The notes beneath the pieces were generated by a model, which saw only the letters and a list, made by a program, of their open reading frames with translations, had not been told where the DNA came from and did not search any database. The translations under genes and the position numbers were made by a program. Below, one piece after another: positions 47,038 to 56,448 of a stretch of 58,824 nucleotides of DNA (position 1 is its first letter; every line of letters begins with the position of its first letter). The DNA comes from Spirochaetota bacterium (lineage in GTDB: Bacteria; Spirochaetota; UBA4802; JAFGDQ01). The stretch is from the NCBI GenBank assembly GCA_043803405.1, contig JAZDKB010000001.1:1-58824 (forward strand), written 5' to 3'.

Positions 47038-47592
47038 TTAATCCGCAATAGGCTCACGATCCCTGTATAAAATATCGTTCCGCCTGTACAGCTTGCCCAT
47101 CATCTGCTTCATAGAGTTTCTTAACTCCTTTTTTTGTGCCGGAGTCAAAACCTTCTCAATTTCCAGAATGTGATTGATCCTGAGCATTCTTATCTCGACT
47201 TCAAATTTTGATATTTCTTCCAGCAGAGCCCGTACATCATTCAAATTTATATTATCGCCGGTGAGAAGGCTCTGCAGTTTAGTCCTTTTCGGCTCAATGC
47301 TGTCGCGTATAGTTAACAGCTTTTTTCTAAAATCATTATTGATAATTCCGATTTTCTCAACCTGCTCATCAGAAAGTCCGAATTTTTCTTTCATTACCTG
47401 CGGATCGCCGAAGAACAGACCTTTGTGCGGACGACCTTCATGATGCATTCCCCCGCCATGTCCCATCGGCCCGCGGCCCGGACTCATATCTCCATCCCTG
47501 CGATCTCCCGGACCCATCGGCTGAGAAAAAGAGCCTGAAGCAACAGCAAATAAAAAACCAGTAATCATTAACGATAACAAATGTTTTTTCAT
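47038..47592 (-). CDS. Spy/CpxP/ZraP-family periplasmic chaperone
   Basis: Signal peptide, Gly/Met/His-rich N-terminus, LSDEQ and VLTPAQ (LTxxQ) motifs. Confidence 0.85.
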   Translation of the reverse strand: MKKHLLSLMITGFLFAVASGSFSQPMGPGDRRDGDMSPGRGPMGHGGGMHHEGRPHKGLFFGDPQVMKEKFGLSDEQVEKIGIINNDFRKKLLTIRDSIEPKRTKLQSLLTGDNINLNDVRALLEEISKFEVEIRMLRINHILEIEKVLTPAQKKELRNSMKQMMGKLYRRNDILYRDREPIAD

Positions 47593-47621
47593 AATCCCTA
47601 CCTCAAAATATATTATAACTT

Positions 47622-47650
47622 TTAGACCCCCTGTTTGTTTAAAAAGTTCC
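47622..47650 (-). promoter_or_regulatory. RpoE-type ECF promoter of the spy-sigma-antisigma operon
   Basis: Minus strand GGAACTT-16 bp-GTCTAA, matching the sigmaE-type consensus, 30 bp upstream of the Spy start. Confidence 0.8.
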
Positions 47651-47742
47651 ATATATATTCTTATTTAATCATTGACTTCTAAAATTAATAAAGATATTTT
47701 TTCAGCCTTGTAATAATATTATCTCTTAAGAATATATTCGCA

Positions 47743-49503
47743 ATGAAAAAAATTTTTATAATACTAATTATAATTTGTTCTGCACTCATTATTTCTTATT
47801 CATTATATATTTCAGCCGATCCTTTGATTAACTGGCCTGTAAATCTGCCGAAAAGCCTCTCGGCCACGCTCGGCGAGATACGCGGCTTTTCCCTTCATCA
47901 GGGCATTGACATAAGGACAAACGGACGTACCGGTTACCCTGTATTTGCCGCAGGCGCAGGAAAAATTTCCAGGCTGATCTCGAAAGAAAACGGATACGGG
48001 AATGCTATTTTTATGGGCCATGGCAGCAATATCGAAACAGTTTACGGGCATCTTGATTCGTTTGAAGAAGGCAAATATCATTTAAACAACATGGCGAGAA
48101 TTTTTAAAGTACTGTACAATAAAAATTATACGGACTTCAGGTTTATCAACAGCAATTTATATTATAAAAAAGATGAAAATATCGCATTTACGGGAGAGAG
48201 CGGAGCCGGGTTTCCTCACCTGCATTTCGAGATAAGGAAAAATGATAAATGCGTCAATCCTCTGGATTATATACACATAAAAGATACCGACCCACCTGTA
48301 ATGGATAGCCTGTATATTTGCAGCGAAAAAGACAACACAACGATAAGTGAAAAAAAAATTAGAGTAAAAAAAAGATGGGGGTCATATATTACGGACAGCA
48401 ACTTAATCGAGACAGAAGGAGAAAAAATTTTCTTCAAGATCTCGTGCTTCGACAAGGTGGGAGCATACAACCATGTCGCGATCTACAGAATTTCCGTATA
48501 TTTTAATAAAGAAAAAATATATGAGCTGGCCTTTGACGGCCTGAAAAATTCCGAACTTCAATACGGATCGTTAACGTACGATATATCCAAATCAACAATA
48601 AAAGACGGAGTATTTTACGTTTATACCCTATGCCGTAAAGAAGCGAATAATTATACAGGCATTAGTTCATCAGGAGATGGTTATTTAAAATTTAGCGAAA
48701 AAGAAAAAGACATCAAACATATCACCATACTGGTATCGGATTTCGCAGGCAACGAAGAAAATCTGCAATTTAAAATTTTACAAAAAAAATCAGATCTGCC
48801 GCCGGATAAAAATTTTACTTTAATCAATAAAAAAAAGAACAACTCAATCTGGGATAAAGATAAAAATATAAATATATATATTCCCGAAGATGCGACTTGC
48901 TCCGACGTATTGGCCGGACTGGAAGATGCTGTCAGCAGTGAAATAACTGACGCGTTATGCAGGGATTTTGCCGTATTAAAACCCGATTTGTTCAGCGCTT
49001 TTTCAGTCTTTCCGCATGACGTTATATACAAAAAACCGATTACAGTAACAGTTAAGAAACCGTCCGGCATAAAGGATGAAGATGCAAGGCATGTCCAGAT
49101 TTTTCAATTCTTTGAAGGAAGGAAGCCTGTGGCATTAAAAACGAAATATTCATCCGGCAAATTCAAAGCAGAGACTTACACTAACGGATTCTTTGCTCTC
49201 ATTCTGGACAAAACGCCTCCGAAAATATCCCTGCCTCCGACATTCGAGCTTTGTGAGGACAGGGAATTTTATCGGAAGTTGCGGCTTAACACCAGAGACA
49301 ATATCTCAAGAATAAACAAGGATTCCATCATCTGCATTATTGACGGAGAAATTTATCCCTCAACATTTGATGATGACAGGAAGTGGATCGAAGTAAAACT
49401 GCCGAGAAACGCGGTGTCCAGAGGAGTGCATCATATCTTTGCAAAAGCGCGCGATGAAGCGGATAACGAAGCTGTGTTCAGAGGCCTGCTGACTTTTAAA
49501 TAG
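47743..49503 (+). CDS. M23-family metallopeptidase, exported
   Basis: N-terminal hydrophobic segment, HQGID (HxxxD), YGHL, PHLHFEIR. Confidence 0.88.
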   Translation: MKKIFIILIIICSALIISYSLYISADPLINWPVNLPKSLSATLGEIRGFSLHQGIDIRTNGRTGYPVFAAGAGKISRLISKENGYGNAIFMGHGSNIETVYGHLDSFEEGKYHLNNMARIFKVLYNKNYTDFRFINSNLYYKKDENIAFTGESGAGFPHLHFEIRKNDKCVNPLDYIHIKDTDPPVMDSLYICSEKDNTTISEKKIRVKKRWGSYITDSNLIETEGEKIFFKISCFDKVGAYNHVAIYRISVYFNKEKIYELAFDGLKNSELQYGSLTYDISKSTIKDGVFYVYTLCRKEANNYTGISSSGDGYLKFSEKEKDIKHITILVSDFAGNEENLQFKILQKKSDLPPDKNFTLINKKKNNSIWDKDKNINIYIPEDATCSDVLAGLEDAVSSEITDALCRDFAVLKPDLFSAFSVFPHDVIYKKPITVTVKKPSGIKDEDARHVQIFQFFEGRKPVALKTKYSSGKFKAETYTNGFFALILDKTPPKISLPPTFELCEDREFYRKLRLNTRDNISRINKDSIICIIDGEIYPSTFDDDRKWIEVKLPRNAVSRGVHHIFAKARDEADNEAVFRGLLTFK

Positions 49504-49506
49504 AAT

Positions 49507-49739
49507 GGAGTTATCTCAAAAGAATGCCACGGAGACACTGAGGCAGACGTTTGTTGCGACATTTTCGCCGTCTGTACCTTGCCATCCTGGCAAATGGCGC
49601 AGAGTTAAACTATTATTTTAAAAATAGTGTAAAATTTTATTAAAGATAAAGATATTTACCAATAAAACAATGTTATTCGAATCAAAATCCTTTGTGTCTC
49701 TGTGCCTCTGTGGCAGATTTTTTATTATGATACGCCCCC
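49507..49739 (+). mobile_element. MITE-like repeat, copy 1
   Basis: Highly similar to 55511-55719 (shared GAGGCAGACGTTTGTTGCGACA...TCGCCGTCTGTACCTTGCCATCCTGGCAAATGGC and GTTATTCGAATCAAAATCCTTTGTGTCTCTGTG). Imperfect terminal and sub-terminal inverted repeats. Confidence 0.75.
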
Positions 49740-49784
49740 ATAATTTCTTACCAAGAATGCATTCAAGAACCTCTTACTGCTAAA

Positions 49785-50657
49785 TTATCTCAGCTTATGC
49801 TTCTTTGCCCACTCCGCGACGTGTATTGGGGTTTCGAGTACTGTTGCGCCAGCTGCTTTGAGAGCTTCGTGCTTGCCCGCAACAGTTCCGGATGCGCCGC
49901 GCACTATAGCGCCTGCGTGTCCCATGCGCTTTCCCTGCGGCGAGTAACGGCCCGCGATGTACGCTGCCACAGGCTTGGTCATCCTTCTCGCGATGAACCC
50001 GGCTGCTTTTTCTTCCTGTTCGCCTCCTACTTCGCCTACAACTATCACTGCGTCCGTGCCTTCGTCCTCCTCGAACAACTCAAGGATGTCCGCCAGATTT
50101 CTGAGCACGACAGGGTCAGCGCCCATGCCGACAACAGCGCTCTGCCCTACCTTGTTCTCCGAGAGAATGCCTGCGAATTCGTACGAGAGAGTTCCGCTTC
50201 TGGAGATGACGCCCACGCGCCCGGGTGCGAACATGGACGCAGGCATAATGCCTATCTTCCCTTTGCCAGGAACGAGAATGCCGGGAGTAGTAGGGCCTAA
50301 CGCGAATACGCCCTTTTCAATAGCATAGTTGCGCATCTTCATAACATCCCTTACAGGAATATGCTCAGGTACGATAACTATCAGTTTAACACCTGCGTCT
50401 ATGGTTTCCATAAACGCGTCCAGAACAAATGCAGCAGGTACAAAAAATACCGAAGCATTGGCGCCTGTCTCTTTTACTGCTTCGTGGACACTGTTAAAAA
50501 CAGGGAGTCCCTCAACGACTGTTCCACCTTTGCCGGGAGTAACTCCGGCCACGACCCTGGTTCCGTATTCAAGCATCCAGTGTGCCTGCATGCTTCCTAT
50601 TCGGCCTGTGATGCCCTGTACAATTACGCGTGTAGAATCATTTATCAGTATACTCAT
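49785..50657 (-). CDS. SucD-like ADP-forming acyl-CoA ligase alpha subunit
   Basis: VIVQGITG, GVTPGKGG, SRSGTLSYE, GEVGG..E, RMGHAGA phospho-His. GPTTPG replaces the canonical GPNCPG. Confidence 0.85.
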   Translation of the reverse strand: MSILINDSTRVIVQGITGRIGSMQAHWMLEYGTRVVAGVTPGKGGTVVEGLPVFNSVHEAVKETGANASVFFVPAAFVLDAFMETIDAGVKLIVIVPEHIPVRDVMKMRNYAIEKGVFALGPTTPGILVPGKGKIGIMPASMFAPGRVGVISRSGTLSYEFAGILSENKVGQSAVVGMGADPVVLRNLADILELFEEDEGTDAVIVVGEVGGEQEEKAAGFIARRMTKPVAAYIAGRYSPQGKRMGHAGAIVRGASGTVAGKHEALKAAGATVLETPIHVAEWAKKHKLR

Positions 50658-50659
50658 CG

Positions 50660-51799
50660 TTAACCTCGTCCTGCTAATTCATATAAGCGCTCGACTGCTT
50701 TTTCGCTGGCAGCCTCGGTTACAACATGGACGCCCGCTGAACGAAAAATCTCCCATGTCTCTTCCTGCCGGTTCCCGAGCGCCTTTGCGACAATCGGTAT
50801 CTTTACGTTATGTTCTTTTATATAGCGCACTACTCCTTTGGCGCCTTCATGAATAGGATTGATGCCGCCGTATACATTTATAAGTATTGCCCTGAGGCCT
50901 GGTTTCATCATAATTAACTCCATGCATCGATAAAGCAGATCCGCGGTAATCCCGCCGCCTGTCTCGAGAAAATTGGCGGGTTTCATCCTTTCACCGATTA
51001 TGTCCATAGAGGCCATGCCAAGCCCTGCTCCGGAAGCTATAAGCCCTATATCGCCGTTCAGGTCAACGTAAGTAACGCCAATCTCCCTGCCCCTGCGCTC
51101 AAGCGCATTCTCAATTCTGTCGACGCGGTCCGGCAATGGAAAACGCACCCTGGATACAGCCGAATCATCAACTTCAAGAACAGCGTCTACGGCAATCAGC
51201 CCGCCGTTGGGAAGGACGACCAGAGGATTTATTTCGCAGATGAGAGCCTCGTAGCGCATAACAACATTGTAAAGCTGGCCGATAACATCAGTCCATGCTG
51301 TTATAAGCTGCTGCTTAACGCCAAGCCTTCTTAAAAGAGCGCGTGCCTGATATGGATAAAACGCGAAAGACGAGTCTACATGGATAGAAGCTACTTTTTC
51401 CGGCGATGTCCTGGCAGTCTCTTCAATGAGCATTCCGCCCTCTGTGCTCACTACGATAACAGGCCTGCCGGAATATCCGTCTATTGTAAAACCAAGGTAA
51501 AGTTCCTTGGCAATTTCTACTTTCTCGCATATAAGAAGCTTTAAAACAGGCAGTCCCTTAATGTCGGAAGACAGCATTGATTCTGCCACTCCCTTTAATT
51601 CATCCGGCGAAGAAGCTGTTTTAACGCCGCCTGCAAGACCGCGGCCGCCAACAAGAACCTGCGCCTTTACTACAACCGGATAGCCGATCTCCCCTGCAAC
51701 GTGAAGCGCTTCGTGCATAGTAGAAGCAAGTCCGCGTCGCGGAACAGGAATTCCGTTTTCCTCAAAAATATCCAAAGCTTCGTATTCGTGAAGTCTCAT
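50660..51799 (-). CDS. SucC-like ADP-forming acyl-CoA ligase beta subunit
   Basis: MRLHEYEA, VVKAQVLVGGRG.AGGVK, EINPL, GAGLGMASMD, PANFLETGGG. Confidence 0.85.
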   Translation of the reverse strand: MRLHEYEALDIFEENGIPVPRRGLASTMHEALHVAGEIGYPVVVKAQVLVGGRGLAGGVKTASSPDELKGVAESMLSSDIKGLPVLKLLICEKVEIAKELYLGFTIDGYSGRPVIVVSTEGGMLIEETARTSPEKVASIHVDSSFAFYPYQARALLRRLGVKQQLITAWTDVIGQLYNVVMRYEALICEINPLVVLPNGGLIAVDAVLEVDDSAVSRVRFPLPDRVDRIENALERRGREIGVTYVDLNGDIGLIASGAGLGMASMDIIGERMKPANFLETGGGITADLLYRCMELIMMKPGLRAILINVYGGINPIHEGAKGVVRYIKEHNVKIPIVAKALGNRQEETWEIFRSAGVHVVTEAASEKAVERLYELAGRG

Positions 51800-51880
51800 A
51801 GCGGTTAATTTCCTAATATTTATGAATTTAATATGACAGATAAATGGTTAACTAATCATAATTACAAGACAAAGCTAAAT

Positions 51881-51951
51881 TGTCATTTCGACCAAAGGGA
51901 GAAATCTATTAATTATTAAGAGATTTCTCGTCACTATGCTCCTCCAAATGA
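51881..51951. repeat. Palindromic REP-like element, copy 2 (family of 45604-45686)
   Basis: TGTCATTTCGACCAAAGGGAGAAATCT...AGATTTCTCGTCACTATGCTCCTCCAAATGA. Confidence 0.75.
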
Positions 51952-52050
51952 AAGTTTCGCAGAAAGTCTGTTATTAATAAAATATGTAAAATATATAATT
52001 ATCCTGAATTATCTATAATTGCTGCCTATATGTGTCAATAAAAATAATCA

Positions 52051-52124
52051 CATATTTGATTAAATTATCAATGCGAATTATTTTGCGATAAAAATAAAAA
52101 TTTAATTGCATATTTAATCAAATT
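52051..52124. promoter_or_regulatory. Putative GntR operator pair in the divergent promoter region
   Basis: CATATTTGATTAAATT (52051) and CATATTTAATCAAATT (52109). The 12-bp cores are reverse complements of each other. Confidence 0.4.
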
Positions 52125-52139
52125 TTTTAACGTTGTCTC

Positions 52140-52844
52140 ATGGCAAACGAAAAGAAAAAATCCAATAAAACAGAAAAAGAAGACAGCAGTCAGATTGCGT
52201 ATCAGGGCATAAGGCACATGCTTTATAATAAAGAGCTGGTGCCGGGACAGAAAATAGCATATAGGGACCTGGCGGAAAAGCTCGAATTAAGCCCTACGCC
52301 TATTATTCAGGCGCTAAAATGGCTTGAACTGCAGGGATATGTTCTGCATGAACCGAACCGCGGGTACTATATGGCGCCCTTTAGTCTTAAGGAAATAGAA
52401 GAACTTTACGAGATAAGGGAGCTTGTTGAGCCTTCTCTGGTGCCTGCAACTATCGAAAAAATCGATAAGAAAGGTCTAAACGAGCTAAAAGCTGCGCTTG
52501 AGGCACATCTTTCTGCGGAAAGGGAGTTTTATCTAAAGGAAAGGCTTTTCAAGAATAAGGAATTTCACATGACTCTTGCTTCTCTTTCCGGTAAAACCAC
52601 GCAAATTCGCATGCTGCAGAACGTTTTTGACATGCTGTTTCTCAAATACGGCGGCAACTATTTTCCAATATCATCGCTTGCGGCAACGGACCAGGCGCAT
52701 CAGGAAATATATGACGCAGTGGCACTTCGCAGTCTCGAAAGAGCGCAATCGGTGCTTAAAAATCATCTTACAAATGTAAAGATACAGGTCATTACGAGTA
52801 TTAAAAAGATACTCGCGGAACAGGAACGGACTGACTTCTCATAA
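52140..52844 (+). CDS. GntR-family (FCD) transcriptional regulator
   Basis: AY..I...L...EL.PGQK...LAE.L.LS.TP..QAL..LE..G.V...PNRG HTH, followed by an FCD domain with FH..L and H..I..A. Confidence 0.92.
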   Translation: MANEKKKSNKTEKEDSSQIAYQGIRHMLYNKELVPGQKIAYRDLAEKLELSPTPIIQALKWLELQGYVLHEPNRGYYMAPFSLKEIEELYEIRELVEPSLVPATIEKIDKKGLNELKAALEAHLSAEREFYLKERLFKNKEFHMTLASLSGKTTQIRMLQNVFDMLFLKYGGNYFPISSLAATDQAHQEIYDAVALRSLERAQSVLKNHLTNVKIQVITSIKKILAEQERTDFS

Positions 52845-52931
52845 GGGAACCTCAAAAAATGGTTACATCAATATTAATTAAAAGAGTTAACCATAAACTG
52901 AAACAGAAATTAAACACGGAGAAAATAGTTA

Positions 52932-54368
52932 ATGGGGATTAAGACAAAAGAACAATACATCGAATCCTTACGGTCGCTTAAACCGGTAGTCTATATGTTC
53001 GGAAAACGCGTAACAGATATAGTCGATAATCCGCGCATACGCGCAGGCATTGAAGCGACTGCTGCGACTTATGAGATGGCCTTGATACCGGAAAACAAAG
53101 AACTTTTTATAACAACCAGCCCGCTCATTAATGAGCCGGTTAACAGGTTTACGCTGCCGCCGGAGAACATCGAGGATCTGGTTGCGCGTGTTAAAATAAA
53201 CAGAAAAATGGCCACTTACGTGGGGACATGCCACCAGCGCTGTACGGGCCTTGACTGCCTTTCCACTCTCGCAATGGTAACGTATGACATAGACAAAAAG
53301 TACGGCACTAAATATAATCAGAATTTTACTGAATTTTTGAAATACATGCAGAAGAACGACCTTACTGCCAACGCAGGCGTTACGGACATGAAAGGCGACC
53401 GCTCTCTTACTCCAAACGAGCAGGTCGACAAGGACATGTTCGTTCACGTGGTTGAAAAACGTAAAGACGGTATTGTCGTACGCGGGGCAAAATCGCATCA
53501 GACAGGCTCCCTTTCATCGCACGAGATCATAGTGCTGCCCTCGCGCGCAATGAGCAAGGCGGACGCGGATTACTCCCTCGCCTTTGCAATACCTCCGGAT
53601 ACAAAGGGGCTGATACATGTTGTCGGCAGATCCACGCTCGACATGCGCGAGCTGGATGGCTGCGACATAGGTAACGTATATTATTCCAAATACTGTCCAA
53701 CGCTTATTTTCGATGATGTATTCGTTCCCTGGGAGCGCGTTTTCATGTGCGGTGAGACCGAATTTGCCGTAGATATGGTCGTAAAATTTTCGTCTTTCCA
53801 CAGACAAAGCCATGGCGGATGCAAGTCAGGCAAAATTGACTGCATGATTGGTACAGCACTTACAATGATGGATTATAATGGAACCAATAAAATGAGCCAT
53901 CTGAAACAGAAAGTCATTGATATGATCCATAGGTCGGAAACTCTTTACGCATGTTGCCTGGCATCTTCTTATGAAGGCAAAAAACAGCCTTCGGGCAATT
54001 ACTTCATCGACACGGTTCTGGCCAATGCTTCAAAGATCCATGAGGGTAAAGAAATGGCAGAAGCAACCAGGCTGATGATAGACGTTTGCGGCGGATTTGT
54101 AGCAGATATGCCTTCGGACAGAGATTTTGAAAATCCCGAGGTAGGCGAACTCTTAAAGAAATACATGAAGGGCGTGGATTCTATCCCGGTTGAGGACCGC
54201 ATCAAGATGTACAGGCTTGCGGAGAAGCTTGCGCTCGAAAGCGCGGACACTATCTCCGACATACACGGCGGAGGATCGCCGGAGGCACACAGGGTTACTA
54301 TTTTCCGCGAGAGCGATACAGAGAGCAAGAAAAAGGCTGCAAAACGGCTTGCAGGCATAAAGAGCTGA
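52932..54368 (+). CDS. abfD: 4-hydroxybutyryl-CoA dehydratase/vinylacetyl-CoA isomerase (AbfD)-like FAD/[4Fe-4S] enzyme
   Basis: CHQRC and HRQSHGGC cluster ligands, TDMKGDRS, VVRGAK.HQTG, FDDVFVPWERVFM.GE, HGGGSP. Confidence 0.8.
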   Translation: MGIKTKEQYIESLRSLKPVVYMFGKRVTDIVDNPRIRAGIEATAATYEMALIPENKELFITTSPLINEPVNRFTLPPENIEDLVARVKINRKMATYVGTCHQRCTGLDCLSTLAMVTYDIDKKYGTKYNQNFTEFLKYMQKNDLTANAGVTDMKGDRSLTPNEQVDKDMFVHVVEKRKDGIVVRGAKSHQTGSLSSHEIIVLPSRAMSKADADYSLAFAIPPDTKGLIHVVGRSTLDMRELDGCDIGNVYYSKYCPTLIFDDVFVPWERVFMCGETEFAVDMVVKFSSFHRQSHGGCKSGKIDCMIGTALTMMDYNGTNKMSHLKQKVIDMIHRSETLYACCLASSYEGKKQPSGNYFIDTVLANASKIHEGKEMAEATRLMIDVCGGFVADMPSDRDFENPEVGELLKKYMKGVDSIPVEDRIKMYRLAEKLALESADTISDIHGGGSPEAHRVTIFRESDTESKKKAAKRLAGIKS

Positions 54369-54385
54369 CGGAGCGGAGGATAAAA

Positions 54386-55486
54386 ATGGCTGGCGAGCAA
54401 GTTAATGTAAAGACGGATGCTCTTAAAAATTTCTGCGTAAATATATTTAAAAAGCTGGATGTATCCGAACAGGATGCTGTAATTACAACAGACGTGCTTG
54501 TAGCAGCCGACCTGCGCGGCATTCCCAGCCACGGCGTTGCCCGCCTACGCCGCTATGTTGACGGCCTGCGAAACGGCGTAATGCTTGCTCATCCCAAAGT
54601 CAAAACAGTGGTCGAGACACCCTCCACAGCCTCGATTGACGCAGGCGCAGGTTTGGGCCAGCCTGTGGCATTTGCTGCAATGAACAAGGCAATTGAGAAA
54701 GCCAAATCCGTTGGCTCGGGATTTATTACTGTGCGCAATTCCAATCATTACGGGATCGCCGGATACTATGCCATGATGGCGCTTAAGCACGACTGCATCG
54801 GCATTTCAATGACTAATGCGGACGTGCTTGTTACTCCTACATTCGGGCGCAATGCGATGATGGGCACAAACCCGATCGCTGTTGCTGCTCCGGCCGGAAA
54901 GGAGAGGCCGTTTGTGCTGGATATGGCGACAAGCACAGTGCCGCGCGGCAAAGTAGAAGTATACGACCGCCTCAATAAGCCGATGCCGCTCGGATGGGCA
55001 ACGGACGAAAGCGGCGTAAGCACCGAAAACGCAACACGCGTGCTGGAAAATTTCGTAAATCGGGCAGGAGGCGGGCTTTTGCCTCTGGGCGGCGAGGGCG
55101 AACTCTTCAGCGGGTATAAGGGCTACGGAATGGTGCTGTGGGTGGACATCTTTTGTGCAATATTATCCGGCGCTGCATACGCGAACCTAGTGTATCCGAA
55201 GACCGCGGAAGGCAAACCGCTCCCTGCCAATCTTGGACACTTTTTCGGCGCATGGCGCGTGGACGCGTTTCGTCCTGCCAAAGAATTCAAGGCAGCGATG
55301 GATGATCTGCAGCGCAGACTCAAAGACGCTCCGAAGGCGCAGGGACAGGAGCGCATCTACATACACGGCGAAAAGGAATATGAAGCAAGCGAGCGGTTCA
55401 TGCGCGAAGGCGTGCCACTAAATCCAAAGGTTGCCGAAGACCTCAAAGCACTTAGCCGCGAACTGGACGTAACCTACGAGCTATAG
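54386..55486 (+). CDS. Ldh_2-family (malate/L-lactate/sulfolactate/ureidoglycolate-type) dehydrogenase
   Basis: ADLRGIPSHG, NSNHYG.AGYY, GTNPIA.A.P, LDMATS, GYKGYG. Confidence 0.9.
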   Translation: MAGEQVNVKTDALKNFCVNIFKKLDVSEQDAVITTDVLVAADLRGIPSHGVARLRRYVDGLRNGVMLAHPKVKTVVETPSTASIDAGAGLGQPVAFAAMNKAIEKAKSVGSGFITVRNSNHYGIAGYYAMMALKHDCIGISMTNADVLVTPTFGRNAMMGTNPIAVAAPAGKERPFVLDMATSTVPRGKVEVYDRLNKPMPLGWATDESGVSTENATRVLENFVNRAGGGLLPLGGEGELFSGYKGYGMVLWVDIFCAILSGAAYANLVYPKTAEGKPLPANLGHFFGAWRVDAFRPAKEFKAAMDDLQRRLKDAPKAQGQERIYIHGEKEYEASERFMREGVPLNPKVAEDLKALSRELDVTYEL

Positions 55487-55510
55487 AACCTATTTCGGCA
55501 ATTCAATTAC

Positions 55511-55719
55511 GGGGCTATCGTAAAAGAAGGACACGGAGGCAGACGTTTGTTGCGACACCTTGTCGCCGTCTGTACCTTGCCATCCTGGCAAATGGCACAG
55601 AGTTTAACAATTGTTTTGAAAATAGTATAAAATATTATCAATTATAAAACAACGTTATTCGAATCAAAATCCTTTGTGTCTCTGTGACTCTGTGGCAAAT
55701 TTTTTATTATGAGATGCCC
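55511..55719 (+). mobile_element. MITE-like repeat, copy 2 (direct repeat of 49507-49739)
   Basis: Ends GGGGCTATCGTAAAA / TTATGAGATGCCC. Same internal blocks as copy 1, with small indels. Confidence 0.75.
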
Positions 55720-55756
55720 GCCCCTATCATCAACCATTTGCAAAAAATTCTTGACC

Positions 55757-55785
55757 TTGACAGAAAAACCGATGTTTATTATAAT
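55757..55785 (+). promoter_or_regulatory. sigma70 promoter of lemA operon
   Basis: Perfect TTGACA-17 bp-TATAAT, followed by a GGAGG RBS. Confidence 0.8.
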
Positions 55786-55820
55786 CACACCAAACAAATA
55801 TAAATTTTACGGAGGACGCA

Positions 55821-56411
55821 ATGAATAAGTTTTATTCATCTTTTGTAACATTGACAATCATCGCTGCGTTTGCGCTAAGCGGCTGCGGTTATAATTCTAT
55901 GCAGAAAGAGGAAGAAGCAGTATTTGCCGCATGGGGCGATATTGAATCGAATCTTCAGCGCAGGGCAGATCTTATCCCGAATCTCGTAAGCACAGTTAAA
56001 GGATACGCGGCTCACGAAAAGGAAACGCTGACAGGCGTAATTAAAGCAAGGGCGGAAGCTACAAGTGTTAAGCTTTCGGCAAAGGATCTCGGGAATGCGC
56101 AGGCGCTCGCGCAGTTCCAGAAAGCTCAGGACGGGCTGTCCAGCGCGCTCGCGCGGCTCATGGTAGTTGTGGAAAGATATCCCAACCTGAAGGCTGACCA
56201 GCATTTTAAGGATTTAATGAACCAGCTGGAAGGCTCGGAGAACAGGATAAACGTGGCAAGGGTGCGCTACAATGAGGCTGTAAAGAATTTTAATTATTCC
56301 ATTAGGAGTTTCCCGAACAGCATCACAAATAATTTTATTTTAAAGCTTGAGAAGAAGGAATATTTCAAGGCAGAGGAAACTGCCAAAAAGGCTCCGGAAG
56401 TTAAATTTTAA
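55821..56411 (+). CDS. lemA: LemA family protein
   Basis: [35 protein letters not shown]...F..L..QLEG.ENRI.VAR..YN. Confidence 0.95.
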   Translation: MNKFYSSFVTLTIIAAFALSGCGYNSMQKEEEAVFAAWGDIESNLQRRADLIPNLVSTVKGYAAHEKETLTGVIKARAEATSVKLSAKDLGNAQALAQFQKAQDGLSSALARLMVVVERYPNLKADQHFKDLMNQLEGSENRINVARVRYNEAVKNFNYSIRSFPNSITNNFILKLEKKEYFKAEETAKKAPEVKF

Positions 56412-56448
56412 GATAATTGCTCAGAAGCTCCCAAACACCGGTTACATG

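Noticed and set aside
52932..54368. 4-hydroxyphenylacetate 3-monooxygenase HpaB
   Set aside because: Same fold family, but the Cys/His [4Fe-4S] ligands of AbfD are present and there is no flavin reductase partner.
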